Shown in pieces: positions 1 through 11,800 of a DNA stretch of 64,000 bases (positions are counted from its first letter, which is position 1; the number at the start of each line of letters is the position of its first letter). The position numbers and the translations under genes were made by a program. The notes beneath the pieces were generated by a model that saw only the letters and a list, made by a program, of their open reading frames with translations, made no database searches and was not told the DNA's origin. This DNA comes from Nemertoderma westbladi (lineage: Eukaryota; Animalia; Xenacoelomorpha): NCBI GenBank assembly GCA_032718475.1, contig JAUCBJ010003476.1, positions 1 to 64,000 of the forward strand, in the 5' to 3' direction.

Positions 1-3000
1 AGTTGTTTATGGTTTCTACCTTTCAATATTTTATGAAAATTTTGACACCGAAATAATTATATAGTTTTTATTTGTTTATTCAACAATTTGACTGAGCCCC
101 ATCCACCCTAACATATGTATCCTGTATAGAAAAACAAATAGTTCCTAACTTACCATCCACTTTACACCGATAGCCAGTGGCTAATAATGCCTGTTACGCC
201 ACTCAAAACCTAAACCCACTAATTCCTGTACTAATTCCAACTCCATCTGAGACCTCAAACTAAATGGCAGGCAGATAGACAGTCAGCAAGTTCTCACTGT
301 CAGCCATTTAGCCAAGAACCGTAGGCGACTCATGTAAAACGACATTGGCTGTAAAACTAGGTTAGGCACCCGATGGTTAGCCAATGAGGATCCCGTATGG
401 GCTCTACGTTGGTGGTTTTATCAAGGGCTGCTGGGCTCAGCGGATACGCCCAGGCGATTCACTGATGATTTAAAAACATCTTGCTGTGTAGTTGATGGTT
501 CATTGGGCTTGAAACACTCACTGGGTATCCCTACGAAGATTCGCAGTGAGAATTTTAGCGTTACTAACACGCAGTTGTCAGTTTGTCAGTGTGAAATTGT
601 TTTGATTGTCAGTCGGTAGCGAGTTTACAGTGGACCGCCCTAAGTGTATCTGTCGCAAATAACCCAGGAAGGAAAGATCAACCCAGCTGCATCTGATCCA
701 CCCATCAGGTATGTTATGTTTAATTACTTTGTATGAAATATCCTTATGTAGAAACACGAAACTAACACTACCAGCACTTATATACCGGTTTACTATTATT
801 AGGACCAGCTTTGTAAGTTTTTTGTATTAGATTTTTGTTACTCACAACCAAATAAAAGCGATTCGATGAGCAAAGGGCCCCATCATCTTTTGATTCTTCT
901 CTGCGTTTTCTCGGCATTCATTGATCCGTTTACATATAAAACTACTATCACAACCTGGAAACTAAGAATGCTACTAAAAACATTTACAGGTTAACCAAGT
1001 TCTAAATCCATGTGTATTGTACACATGTATACGGGGCCCAGAATCCAACTACCACACCACCACCCATTTGGTAGTGAACTTAACCTCCTAGACTACTTAC
1101 TGTCCTAATTAATATTCATCAATGAATCACGCAACCAGATTTTAATGAAGAATGTAATTTAGATTGTTGATTGAACCGTGACTTGTATAGTGTACCGGTA
1201 CTGGTATATATATTGTTTGCAAATAGTAAGTCGTGTGTCCTCATCAACCAGACATCCTGCTCCCTTGCTTCGGGGTTAGATTACTTTCTATAACATACTT
1301 TATGTTTATTTAATCTCATCCCCATCCGCCCTTCATCCTGTCCTAAAAATCGTTAAAAGCCATGGATTAATCTGCCTGCAGGAACTTCGCGATTTAAATA
1401 ATAATATTGATTCGCTAAGTGGAGACACCCTCAATACGTCTTAATTTAATAACTATGTATTATTGAGTTGTTTATGCTATTTACACTTTATATGCCTCAT
1501 ATTTTTATCTTTGTAAGTTAACCCTGTTCCGTTCCATTCTCTAACATAATTTATCCTCCCGCCCACACACAATGCAGACAATTTTATTACGTTGTGGGCT
1601 GTGCTATTGCTTTTGTATAATTAATTAAATTATTAAACCTCAGCATCATCTTTTGTCTAATAATTAATTCTCCATTTAGCTGGTATACAATACGAACAAA
1701 CGACATGAGTTGAAACATTCTTTCGCTCATGTGAAGAATACCAGAATTCACTTTACGGTCGAAATGTAATTGAAAATTTATATATGAAGAAGAATTCATA
1801 TTTTTGTAATTTCTCCTAGTTAAGTGTTTTATAGCTTTTATTTTAATGTCTTATTTCCTATGTACAGATCTATAATTAGTTTATTGTTTTGGTTAGATTC
1901 TAACCTGAAATCTGCGTTTTTTGTGAAAACCTATACTGGTATTACAGTATTCCGGTATTACCTTACCTGAAAAAAACTTGTAAATTAGTAGGGACTGATC
2001 TTTTAGATAAAATGCGCCGGCGCTTACCATATAGCAGAAGCAAGGAGCAGACTCAACAGGTTGTCGTTCTGTTTAACAAGCTACATACTGCGTTTCGCTG
2101 TTTGCAGTAACACGGGTCATCCTTTGTCTACTAATTTCTTGCTCTAGTTGGTGTCAGACAAGGCGTAGCCGGTGTAGCTCCAGGGGTTCTGGGTCTACAC
2201 GTTAACAATGGCGGAGTCGGTAGGGGCGCCGGTACTTCACGCCCCTAGGGCCTCGTGGGCCAGCGTACCAGTACAGGAAGCATTGGCCAGCCCCCGTGGG
2301 GGCTGAATAACTAAGCTGCGTGCAAATTATATGGTACATCCGAAAGGTTGCTCAAAGAATAATGGTGTTTGGCTCTTATATCTGTAAGACAAGCCGTGTA
2401 GATAACCTTGCCGCATGTAAACCAACATTCTAAACTCGGTCTGCGTGTTTTGGCCCCACATGCCATGTACATTACACAGGGTTTGGCCTCCATCCAGAAA
2501 TTGTCAACAAATGTTCGCATTTTTAATTGGAAATAAAATCATACTAAATGACCCATTTTAAGTCACTCATATCATATATATACTCCTTCGTCATCATCCA
2601 TACGCTATGAGTATGATCATGTATAGATCATAATTGATCAGGTTATCATGCAGTGTGAAAGGTAAATTACCGATTCGGTTGAACAATTTCGTAACCTACT
2701 ATACTGTACTAGGTCGAGCGAGCCTAGGCAGTTTTTCGAACAGTATTTATCTTAACCTATTCTACAAGATCTAAACCAAATCACGAATCTTCCATCGACC
2801 CTGGCGATACTGAAAAGGACTTTTTCAATTAATGATATCATCGATTTTCGCTATAGCAATGAAAATCCCAAGGGAAATCACATGAAAATGTCCGCAGATT
2901 GACCACAGGTGAAAATAGTGATCTTCAGCGCAAATTGACCCCAAGTGAAATAATGTATAGTTTATTGTTTTGGTTAGAAAACAGCACCGCCACTGTAACC

Positions 3001-3784
3001 TGCTCCTTTCCCTTTAATTTTTCAAACCCACTTAAATTTATTTTGTATTTGCGGTTATATTTTGCGCCATTGACTGCGAATGTCGTATATACAAACGGAA
3101 AAAGTCTACAAATCTTTTTTGGAATTGTTCTTTTCTTTCTTAAAAGGAAACCTCATCCGCCGTTGAGATATTGATACAGGAATATACACGTTATATTATT
3201 GCATTGTCTTTTATTTCAACACTGGATTTTTAGGACCACTTTGTAAAGAAATGGGACGTGCTTTTACTATTAGGGATAGTTACTATTCAGAAAAGGAAAT
3301 ATACTGAATCTCCTGTATACTGAATAATACTGAATATCTGAGAACAGATGTATTATTACGGCAGGTGACTTTATACGACTTTTGGCCGAGGTAGATCTTT
3401 AATTTTCCACACTATCTGTATATACATTGCTAACTATAAACCTATTGTTGAAACGATACTTTAATTATCGGTGACAGCAATATACAACTAAGCAGCGTAT
3501 ACTGCGGCCTAACATCAACTATAACATATTATAGCGCAAATCTATTTAATGTTTAAATATTTAATTTTTAAGATTCATATAATATATGACTTATATATGG
3601 ATTTACAATCTTTTGTTAAAAAATCTGTTCGTTTCTTAGTTTCCTCGTTATATTCCAAAAAATATATTACGCCTATAATAATAATAATAGGTTCGTTTAA
3701 TATTATATAAATTTGGATTAGGTATGTAATTTGTGACAACACCCAAAAACGTTGACAACAGTGAGTCAGACAAATAAACCACCC

Positions 3785-3857
3785 GCCTTCATAGCTCAGG
3801 GGTTAGAGCACTAGTCTAGTAAACTAGGGGTCGAGAGTTCGATTCTCTCTGAAGGCT
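3785..3857 (+). tRNA. tRNA-Thr, anticodon AGT
   Basis: Cloverleaf readable: acceptor GCCTTCA/TGAAGGC, D-arm GCTC..GAGC, anticodon stem CTAGT/ACTAG with loop CT-AGT-AA, T-arm GAGAG-TTCGATT-CTCTC. Followed by a T-run Pol III terminator. Confidence 0.93.
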
Positions 3858-4126
3858 TTTTACGGTAATTACGTTTTTTATCATTTTTTTTTATTACGTC
3901 TTTTATTTTCATTGTCTCATTTTTGTTGATGAAAATAACTAAATTATAACTAGATTAATATTTTGACCAAAAAAATTAATTTAATCAACCTCTATTTTTA
4001 TAATAATGCGTAGCATTTCGGCGTGCGTAATTCTTTTTGTTTAAGTTTATCATACATATGAGATAAATCAAACTTCATCTCTAGAGGAAGAATAAAATAG
4101 GCACTATTAATAAGGTTAAAAAAAGC

Positions 4127-4199
4127 AGCCCCCAGAGAGAATCGAACTCTCGACCCCTAGTTTACTAGACTAGTGCTCTAACCCCTGAGCTATGGAGGC
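4127..4199 (-). tRNA. tRNA-Thr, anticodon AGT (second copy, convergent)
   Basis: Reverse complement is identical to the first copy except the acceptor stem (GCCTCCA/TGGGGGC). T-run terminator just downstream on the minus strand (A-run ending at 4124). Confidence 0.93.
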
Positions 4200-5728
4200 T
4201 TGAAGGGCAGATGTCAGTATTATTTATTTCAAAAAAGAGCCGTAGACAATTGAAATTTCTCCACTCTCTCCCACTCCAAACACAACTAGTTGTTGTCCTA
4301 ACATGGCCAACAAACAATAAAATAAGTCATAATCAAACATTAATTGTTAAAAAAAAAACAATACAACAAATTGTAATCATATTTGATTTAAAATTATTAT
4401 GTGTAAAGTACCTGTACGACCCTTAATTATCTATGAATTCCTGGTTGAACAATCACTATGTTAGTTGTTACTATGTCTGTCTGTCAGTCACCGCCGAAAG
4501 TAAAATATAATTATATTCACCAGAATGAGGTATTCAGTAGTAAATTATGATATACGTCTCAAATTCTTAATATCTCCACTAGAGGGCATTTGTTTTACCA
4601 ATATAGTTTGAAGCTCCTCAACGCAGCGCCATCATTGGGTAGCTTCTTTTATTTATTACGCAGTGCAGCTGTGTAATTTAACGACGCTAGTTGGTATCCA
4701 ACACCGAACTTAATCCTTTAGTTGATCACATAATCACAAATTTAGTTTGAATGTTGTGTTCATTGAACGTTTGATAGTTTTATAGAATCTGGTTAAATTT
4801 TCCATTCTTCTTTCAATTTTCCTCCCATGTCTCATATAGCCTAACCTTACGGAGTGAGAACATTCATATACTATTTTGGCAAAATATCAGATCCAAACAC
4901 GCAAATGAATGAAAGACAGCATATAATAAGTGTCATTAACAATACAGACATCTAAATTTGTTACAGACTTCAACATTGGTATAAAAGTTAGGCAATACAT
5001 ATACTCGTGAATAGAAATTCAGCAATAAATTATAAAAGATTTAGCATTCAACATTGGCTTGTTTATATAAGGCCAAAAACAGCTATAGAACTCAGATTGA
5101 GTCTGTAATTGATTGGCGCTCTGTGGGGGTCCCAACTGACAATTTTGATTGACAAGCTGTTGACTTTCTGGGATTCTGGGTGGCGCGGTCTATTTTTTAT
5201 CAATGTCAAATCGTTTTTTTACGTGAATTTCGGTAGTGAATTCTTCAAATAGCACGAAATAATTATTGATAATTTTTTGTTTCCAAATTCCAAAGATTAA
5301 TGTTTTAATTCCCTCCGAGATTAATGGTCGGCCGATCTGTACTGCTATTGGTGGCGCAATAGTCAAAGTTTATCCCTGTTCAGTTCGAATCAACCAGAAA
5401 ATCGAAGGCAAATATAATATTTGGTCAATTTAGTGGTGCGTGTGGTCCAAGCCATGTTTGAATTAAAGTATTTACATTATTAATATACGTTGTAAATGCA
5501 CAATTGTTCGGCACACATGAAATACTGGAGTAAGAAGGCCTACTGTAGATAAATTATTACCTAGTGATATGGGGGCTAAGGAGGCGACTATAGGCGTGTA
5601 GTTGACATATGGATGGATAGGTCGAGATTATGATACAGATATAATAATGAGCCATACAGAGCCATTTAGCTCGTGGTGCGTCGGGTGCGGGAGGGAGAGA
5701 GGACCTCAGAGGTCGTCGGAGAGGGTGG

Positions 5729-6181
5729 GCGCCGAAGATAGGACAATTGCGACCCGGACAATTGCGACCCGGACAGTTGCGACCCGGTCATAAATAAATG
5801 GTTATACAACATTATATAGATTTCAAATATATTATATCAATAGCTAGTTAAAAAATAATGCATGAACAATGTTAACAATATACGTAGGTTATGCCAAAAC
5901 AATTAATTTTAATTCTAAGCATTCCAGAATATCTAATGGCAAATAATGTATGGCCAACCGCTCCCTTTTGTTCCAATGTAGCTGTTGTAATTACATGTAG
6001 CTACAGTAATTATAATACAATTAGTAAAATTAATGTAAAAAGCATTTCAGAATATAACATTGCGAATAATGTAGTCGCTATTTTAAAATGTAGCTACAGT
6101 AATTTAAATGTAGCTGAGCTACCCGTACAATTTCGACCCAGCAAATTTAATAAAATCATGGGTCGCAATTGTCCGGACACC
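5729..6181. mobile_element. MITE-like non-autonomous DNA transposon
   Basis: Left end has three tandem GGACAATTGCGACCC-type units; right end has the inverted GGGTCGCAATTGTCC. AT-rich non-coding interior. No clean TSD seen. Confidence 0.6.
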
Positions 6182-6199
6182 GCGGGCATGCGGGGTAGC

Positions 6200-6455
6200 T
6201 CGAACTTAGTTCCAATCGCACATTTTCAAAGGCGAACTTAATTCCAATTTGCGAATTTAGTTCCAAAATAAATTTTACAAAGCGAACTTAGTTCCAATTG
6301 AGGCGAACTTAGTTCCAATCCCAGAATATCAAAACGAACTTAGTTCCAATGGAAGCGAATTTAGTTCCAATGGAAGTGAATTTAGTTCCAATGGAAGCGA
6401 ATTTAGTTCCAATGGAAGCGAATTTAGTTCCAATGGGTGCGAACTTAGTTCCAAT
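6200..6455. repeat. Tandem/dispersed ~21-bp repeat GCGAA(C/T)TTAGTTCCAAT(GGAA)
   Basis: About 11 copies of the core, regularly tandem from ~6335 to 6455. Probably the subterminal repeats of a DNA element. Confidence 0.8.
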
Positions 6456-6475
6456 GTTTCAATCGTAGGGATAGC

Positions 6476-6992
6476 CACGTTAATAGTAGGCGAAGCCTAT
6501 TGCGTATTGCCACTATTTGGGGTGGGTCAGGGTCAACAATAATTGTAAATAATTGTAAAACCCGCCTGTCATTTTTAAAAAACGAATTATTATTAATGAA
6601 TTAAATGTATAATTACACATTTGGAAATATATATATATTAATCACGAGTATACTGATACTGACTGACTGAGTCTGTAGTATTATATAATCAAGTCATGCA
6701 TGCACATTGTGCCATTTTCACACCAAATACAATATTTACCAGTTGTTTCGGTTTAGGGGATGGGCGTTGTTTGGGTTAGGAGCTTGGGTGTTGTTTTTTA
6801 CAATGAATATCATTTTAAATGATTAAATATAAATGAATTTAATTGAATAGTTTGGGTTAAGAGGTTGGGCGTTGTTTGGGATAAGATTGTTTTGGTTAGG
6901 AGGTTAGGCGTTTTGGGTTAGTTATTTACAATTATTATTTAACCATCCACCTAATAGTGTCATTAAACATAGATTCTTCGCCAACTAGGTGG
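6476..6992. mobile_element. Diverged MITE-like inverted-repeat element
   Basis: GGCGAAG..CACTATT..GGTGG..AATAATTGTAAATAA at the left is mirrored by TTATTTACAATTATT..CCACC..AATAGTG..CTTCGCC at the right. Confidence 0.5.
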
Positions 6993-7081
6993 CTCGCCCC
7001 ACGCACCTAAAACATTGGAACAGAAATTAATTCCCGAGATGGGATTTGCCGGTTATTCGTCAAGTCCACAGACCCCCCCCC

Positions 7082-7112
<31 letters not shown>

Positions 7113-8376
7113 ATACACCCCATCTCGAAAACCCTTACAATAACATCACCGGCATATGGTCGAGTAAATCACCCCCGTATAAATAAATCGACCTCCCACA
7201 TTCTCCCTTTATTGTTTACAACGTATTTGTTTTCACGGGCGATTAATCGTAGACTTGTACATTTTCCAAAGTTTATAATATAGGTTGATAGGAACTATAA
7301 ATGAACGTATTGAGGAAATGCAACATTGAAAATATCATACATATAATAATACCGCGGTAAGTAGGTGGAGATTGACTATGGGTTTATATAGATAAACTCA
7401 CCCGGATAGCCATTCATAGAGTCTGACTGAAATGAAACAAACAATACTTTTGTCAATTTATCCTGGAGTTTTGGCATCAAAACGTATATATTGTAACCAA
7501 TCTTTTGTTGTCTTCCCTGTCAATCACCCAAAAGGGCTGGACTTCCGTTAATTACAATAATAACCTATTGGCATCTACCGGGAATCTTTAAATACACTTT
7601 GGTTCAATAACGCTTGGAGCCATGCACACATACGCACCGTTCACGCAACTACAAACAAATGTAAATAAACCATCAATTACGGATGAGTGAATGAGCGTGT
7701 GTGTACTTCGACCACGCATATGTTCGAGTTGCTTCTTCTTTTCAAATCTAAAATTACTTCGTGATGATTGTTTCTGATTTTGACTTTAAATAAGTTCCAT
7801 TTTCCATCGTTATTTAAGGTTTGCTTATAGACCAGATTTCTCCTTGTATTTATTTAAGCATACACCACGCTACAGGAATTCAGGATTGGGTTCTGGACGT
7901 GGCGATGGCCGCCTGCGATCGATCGTCGTAAACTCACGCAACGAAACCGGCCACCGTCTCGTTACAATTTCTCTGTACCGTAAACTCTCTCCCAGCCCAC
8001 CAACACTCGTCAACTTGTGCCGCAATTTCCCTCCATCCATGCCCATTATTATTCATGTTTCTCACCTCTATAACCAAATCATATCCGAACTACTCATTCT
8101 AATCCTTTATTTTACTACATTCTAATCAAATTACGTGTATGAAGTCTTTTATAGGTTGGAGATTTTGCACTTTCTAATGAAAATTTTCAATTGGTCATAT
8201 ATTTTACGCTTATCTCGCCTATATATAGAGGTGATGTCATATTATCATTAAGGAAGTTCACAAATCTCATTGTAAAGGCCACAGATATGTCATGTCACTC
8301 GACACTATAATGAACCAAACCGAGCTATATGATTAACACAGTCGTGTAACCGTAACCCTATACAGATTGCCTAGTT

Positions 8377-8922
8377 CTAATCCATAGTATATACAATTAT
8401 TGAATTACTATATAGTATATATACACCATAAAACCATACAACAACCATTTTTATCAGCCCCCCCCCCCCCCCCTAATTTTTTTTCAAATTTCAATAAAAT
8501 GCTGCAAAATTTGGTATGATGATAGATCGACACCTTTTCTTACTGGTGGCCTGGTCGGATTTTTCAATTTCTCAGTTATTTCCATACAACAAGCTTGCTA
8601 TTTAATCTGAGCACAATCAAAGCAAATAACAGCTGATTACTCCCAAAAATAAAACTGTAACTTGTTATATATTGACTTTTTGTTTATTATTATGTAAATC
8701 TTTATAATTCTAATGTTTTTTTTACTCAATTCTGAGAAATTGAAATATCCGGCCAGGCCACCAGTAAGAAAAGGTGTCGATCTATCATCATACCAAATTT
8801 TGTAGCATTTTATTGAAATTTGAAAAAAGTTAGGGGGGTGGGGGATCCGAACCCCTAAAAATGGTTGTTATATTAAGGGTTATTATGGTGTATATATATA
8901 GTACTAACGCGGTATGGATTAG
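8377..8922. mobile_element. Fold-back MITE upstream of Zic
   Basis: Inverted arms of ~200 bp; 8473-8575 pairs almost perfectly with 8732-8836. Outer ends CTAATCCATA/TATGGATTAG. Non-coding. Confidence 0.8.
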
Positions 8923-9399
8923 TGATGTTTCGGATTTCCAATTCCAGGTAACGGGAATTGCTGACGTCTTTGAACGGATTCCAATTTAGTAATTTTAACT
9001 TAATTTTGTATTTTTATTACTTTGTAAGATTAATTTGAGGCTCATCGTCCATTTATATAAATCAACTAAGGAATAATATCATTAAAAATGTTGGACTCAC
9101 TATGGGATAAATATTAAGTTTTTTTTATACCACGGTTTGCACAAATAAGTCCGGGAAATTAATGTTTCAAATCCTGGACCATTTGCAAAATTCCCTAGCT
9201 GCGGGTTGAAGCACAGAGGTCAAGGTATCCATAAAATAGTGTTCCAGTACATAGGTCATATATATAACAGCAAATTTATGACAGTTATTTAAAAATATTC
9301 ACCTTCGCGTTAGACGTTAACCATTTTACTTTTCGGAGACCGAACGTTATCCCTTCCTATTTTGTGTTTCACTGCAGGAAATAAATAATCCCGGGAGCT

Positions 9400-9570
9400 G
9401 AGATTACCAATCCACCTTGTCCGGTTGTAGTAACCAACCAGTGGGCGGCCTACCACCCGCTAACAAATCCGCCAATCACCGCTCAGGCAGCCACCAATAC
9501 AAGGCACCGCCTCCCAGCTGTAAACCAATCAACGCGCGTCTACCCAATTGACCAGTAACGGCTTATAGGC
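9400..9570 (+). promoter_or_regulatory. Putative Zic proximal promoter
   Basis: Five CCAAT motifs between ~9407 and 9548, GC-box-like GGGCGG/CCGCC and a TATA-like TTATAG at ~9563, directly upstream of ATG 9603. Confidence 0.5.
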
Positions 9571-9602
9571 AAGCCAGCAAGACAGTGGACATCACATTTA
9601 GA

Positions 9603-10572
9603 ATGGATCACCCTTTTGCTAGAAAGATTATGGCACCTCACAACCAGAACATTTCTTCTTTTGGTATTAGTGCTTCTGATTTATCCGGTAACGAGGTATC
9701 TTCTACTATGGCTATCAACCCATTTTCTATGGACACTTCTCATCACTTGAGCGCCTTGAAGATGAGCCCACCCCACCATCTCATGGATTCAGGTGTGACA
9801 AGCGGTGGACAAGGATTCACGGGGCAGACTAATAACGGTTACGCGACGCACATGGGAGGTTACTTAAACGCTTCTCGGGACTTCCTCTTGCGTAGGGATC
9901 CGCTCGCGGGCTCCATGGGTATGGATCCCTCCTCCGCGATGTTTGGCGCCCCTCCCCCGGGCTCCACCGTGCTGCACCACCCGTCGCAGCACCACGACGG
10001 TGCAGGCTCTATGGGGGGCGGCGCCCCACCCGGGCACCACATGCTGTTCCCCTCGTTGCACCACCACCATCACCACCACCCGGGGGACCAGAACCGCTTC
10101 GGTCTGACCACAGACTGGGGCGGGCAATTCTCGCAGATGGGCGGTGCCCAGAGCGCGGGGGGCGGCTCCTTCTCGCACCATCATATACAACACCCAATGA
10201 ACATGATGGGCATGCACGCGCCCGGGGCGTTCTTTCGTTACATGCGACAGCCAATTAAACAAGAATTGAACTGTTATTGGGTAGATCAGGACCAGGCAAA
10301 CCCTAAGAAGTGTTGCACCAAGTCTTTCAGTACAATGCATGAGATAGTAACGCACATCACGGTGGAACACGTTGGGGGTCCGGAGCAGATAAACCACGCG
10401 TGTTACTGGCAGAACTGCCCGCGGAACGGTAGACCATTTAAAGCCAAATACAAACTGGTTAACCACATCCGTGTGCACACTGGGGAACGCCCGTTCCCGT
10501 GTCCCTTCCCCGGTTGCGGGAAGGTGTTCGCTAGATCTGAGAACCTCAAGATACACAAGCGCACGCACACCG
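9603..10572 (+). CDS. Zic: Zic/odd-paired C2H2 zinc-finger transcription factor, exon 1
   Basis: ZOC-like motif ([12 protein letters not shown]), poly-His tract, ZF-NC motif [15 protein letters not shown], and ZF1-3 ([45 protein letters not shown]). Phase-1 donor G|GTGAGT at 10572/10573. Start ATG uncertain (9603 or 9630). Confidence 0.96.
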
Positions 10573-11514
10573 GTGAGTTAAATAACTTTATAATAAATTA
10601 TGTTAAATTATCTGTCGAAACATCTCGAAACTGATGATCCATTCAATTATTTTAGTTTACGCAAACATGAATATTATTTTAATTTTAATAATATAAAGAT
10701 TGTTTTAAAGATATTTCTGCTTCTGGCTATTCCTGTTACTAAATAATATTACTGAAAATAGTTTTAACCATCAGCGGTACAACCATAGGCAGAGCAACAC
10801 AATTGTTATGATAACTAATTAATTGTAATTATGTTGTTACAATAATTAATTATCATCGAGTATTCTACTAGCAGCTACAGTGACAGTCACAGTAGTATAC
10901 AAACAATCACGTTTCAAAGTATTATTCCTAATGTTTATCCACAAAATGTTATAACGGGTACCTCAACAAATTTGACAACCAATATTTTATGTTTTAGATG
11001 CATTATTGAGGTTCATTGCCACTTGACATAGCGTGACTTTAAATTGTATAAAATATCAATTAATTTAATTAATGCTTAATAGCCGTTGCATAATGCCATT
11101 TTGAAAGCGAATTTTATTATACTATACCATATATATTTATTCGCCGTCACCCACCCCACAACAATTCAATTTTATTATTTCATCGGCCAAGTAAAATATT
11201 ATACTAAAATATTTTGGGGGAAATATTTTAAACCCATCAGCTACTCAGGTGTACCACCAGTCCTTCCTTCCGGATAAAACGCATTGATAATTTTAATTTA
11301 ATTTGCTAAATATGCTTTTATTTTTGAGATTGCATACCCTTTCGTAGGTCGTAGCTAATCTTAAATCATATACACACAAAGTTTTATTATAAACAATAGA
11401 TTTACTTACTTTAAAAAAGAGTGGAGAGAATATTGATTTCTAATTGATACTCTTTGTGGTGCAATTATTTAATAAACAATGGAGGAGATAGGAGCATAAT
11501 TTAGTGTTTATAAA

Positions 11515-11800
11515 AGAAATAGAACTGCAGTATTTTACTATATTGCATTCCGAGTCACTGCTGCGATTCAAATTATTGTACTCTTCAACTCCTGATGCTA
11601 CCTTACTATAAATGTAAAATAATATAGTGTTCTGGAATATTTATGACAAAGTAGACTCTTCAACTCATAATTATGTTTTAGGTTAATGGAGTGCAGACAC
11701 TAAAATTGTAATGGCATAATATGGATTTTTTTAAAATTTCATGCAATTTCTTCACATTTGATTTTCTCTTTCAACACATGCAATAAAATTTAAAAAATTC
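11515..11800. repeat. Dispersed repeat copy 1 (Zic intron 1)
   Basis: Collinear diverged similarity to 19980-20280 (GAACTG.AGTATTTTACTATA..GTACTCTTCAACTC..GCAGACACT..TCTTTCAACACAT). Confidence 0.65.

Noticed and set aside
192-988. Possible solo LTR (TGTTA...TTACA with AATAAA)
   Set aside because: No target-site duplication and no second copy in the window.
9860-10568. Minus-strand ORFs over Zic exon 1
   Set aside because: Antisense shadows of a GC-rich coding exon.
10573-10634. ORF-track extension of Zic (ELNNFIINY...)
   Set aside because: Read-through into intron 1; the GTGAGT donor and the in-phase exon 2 explain the true protein.
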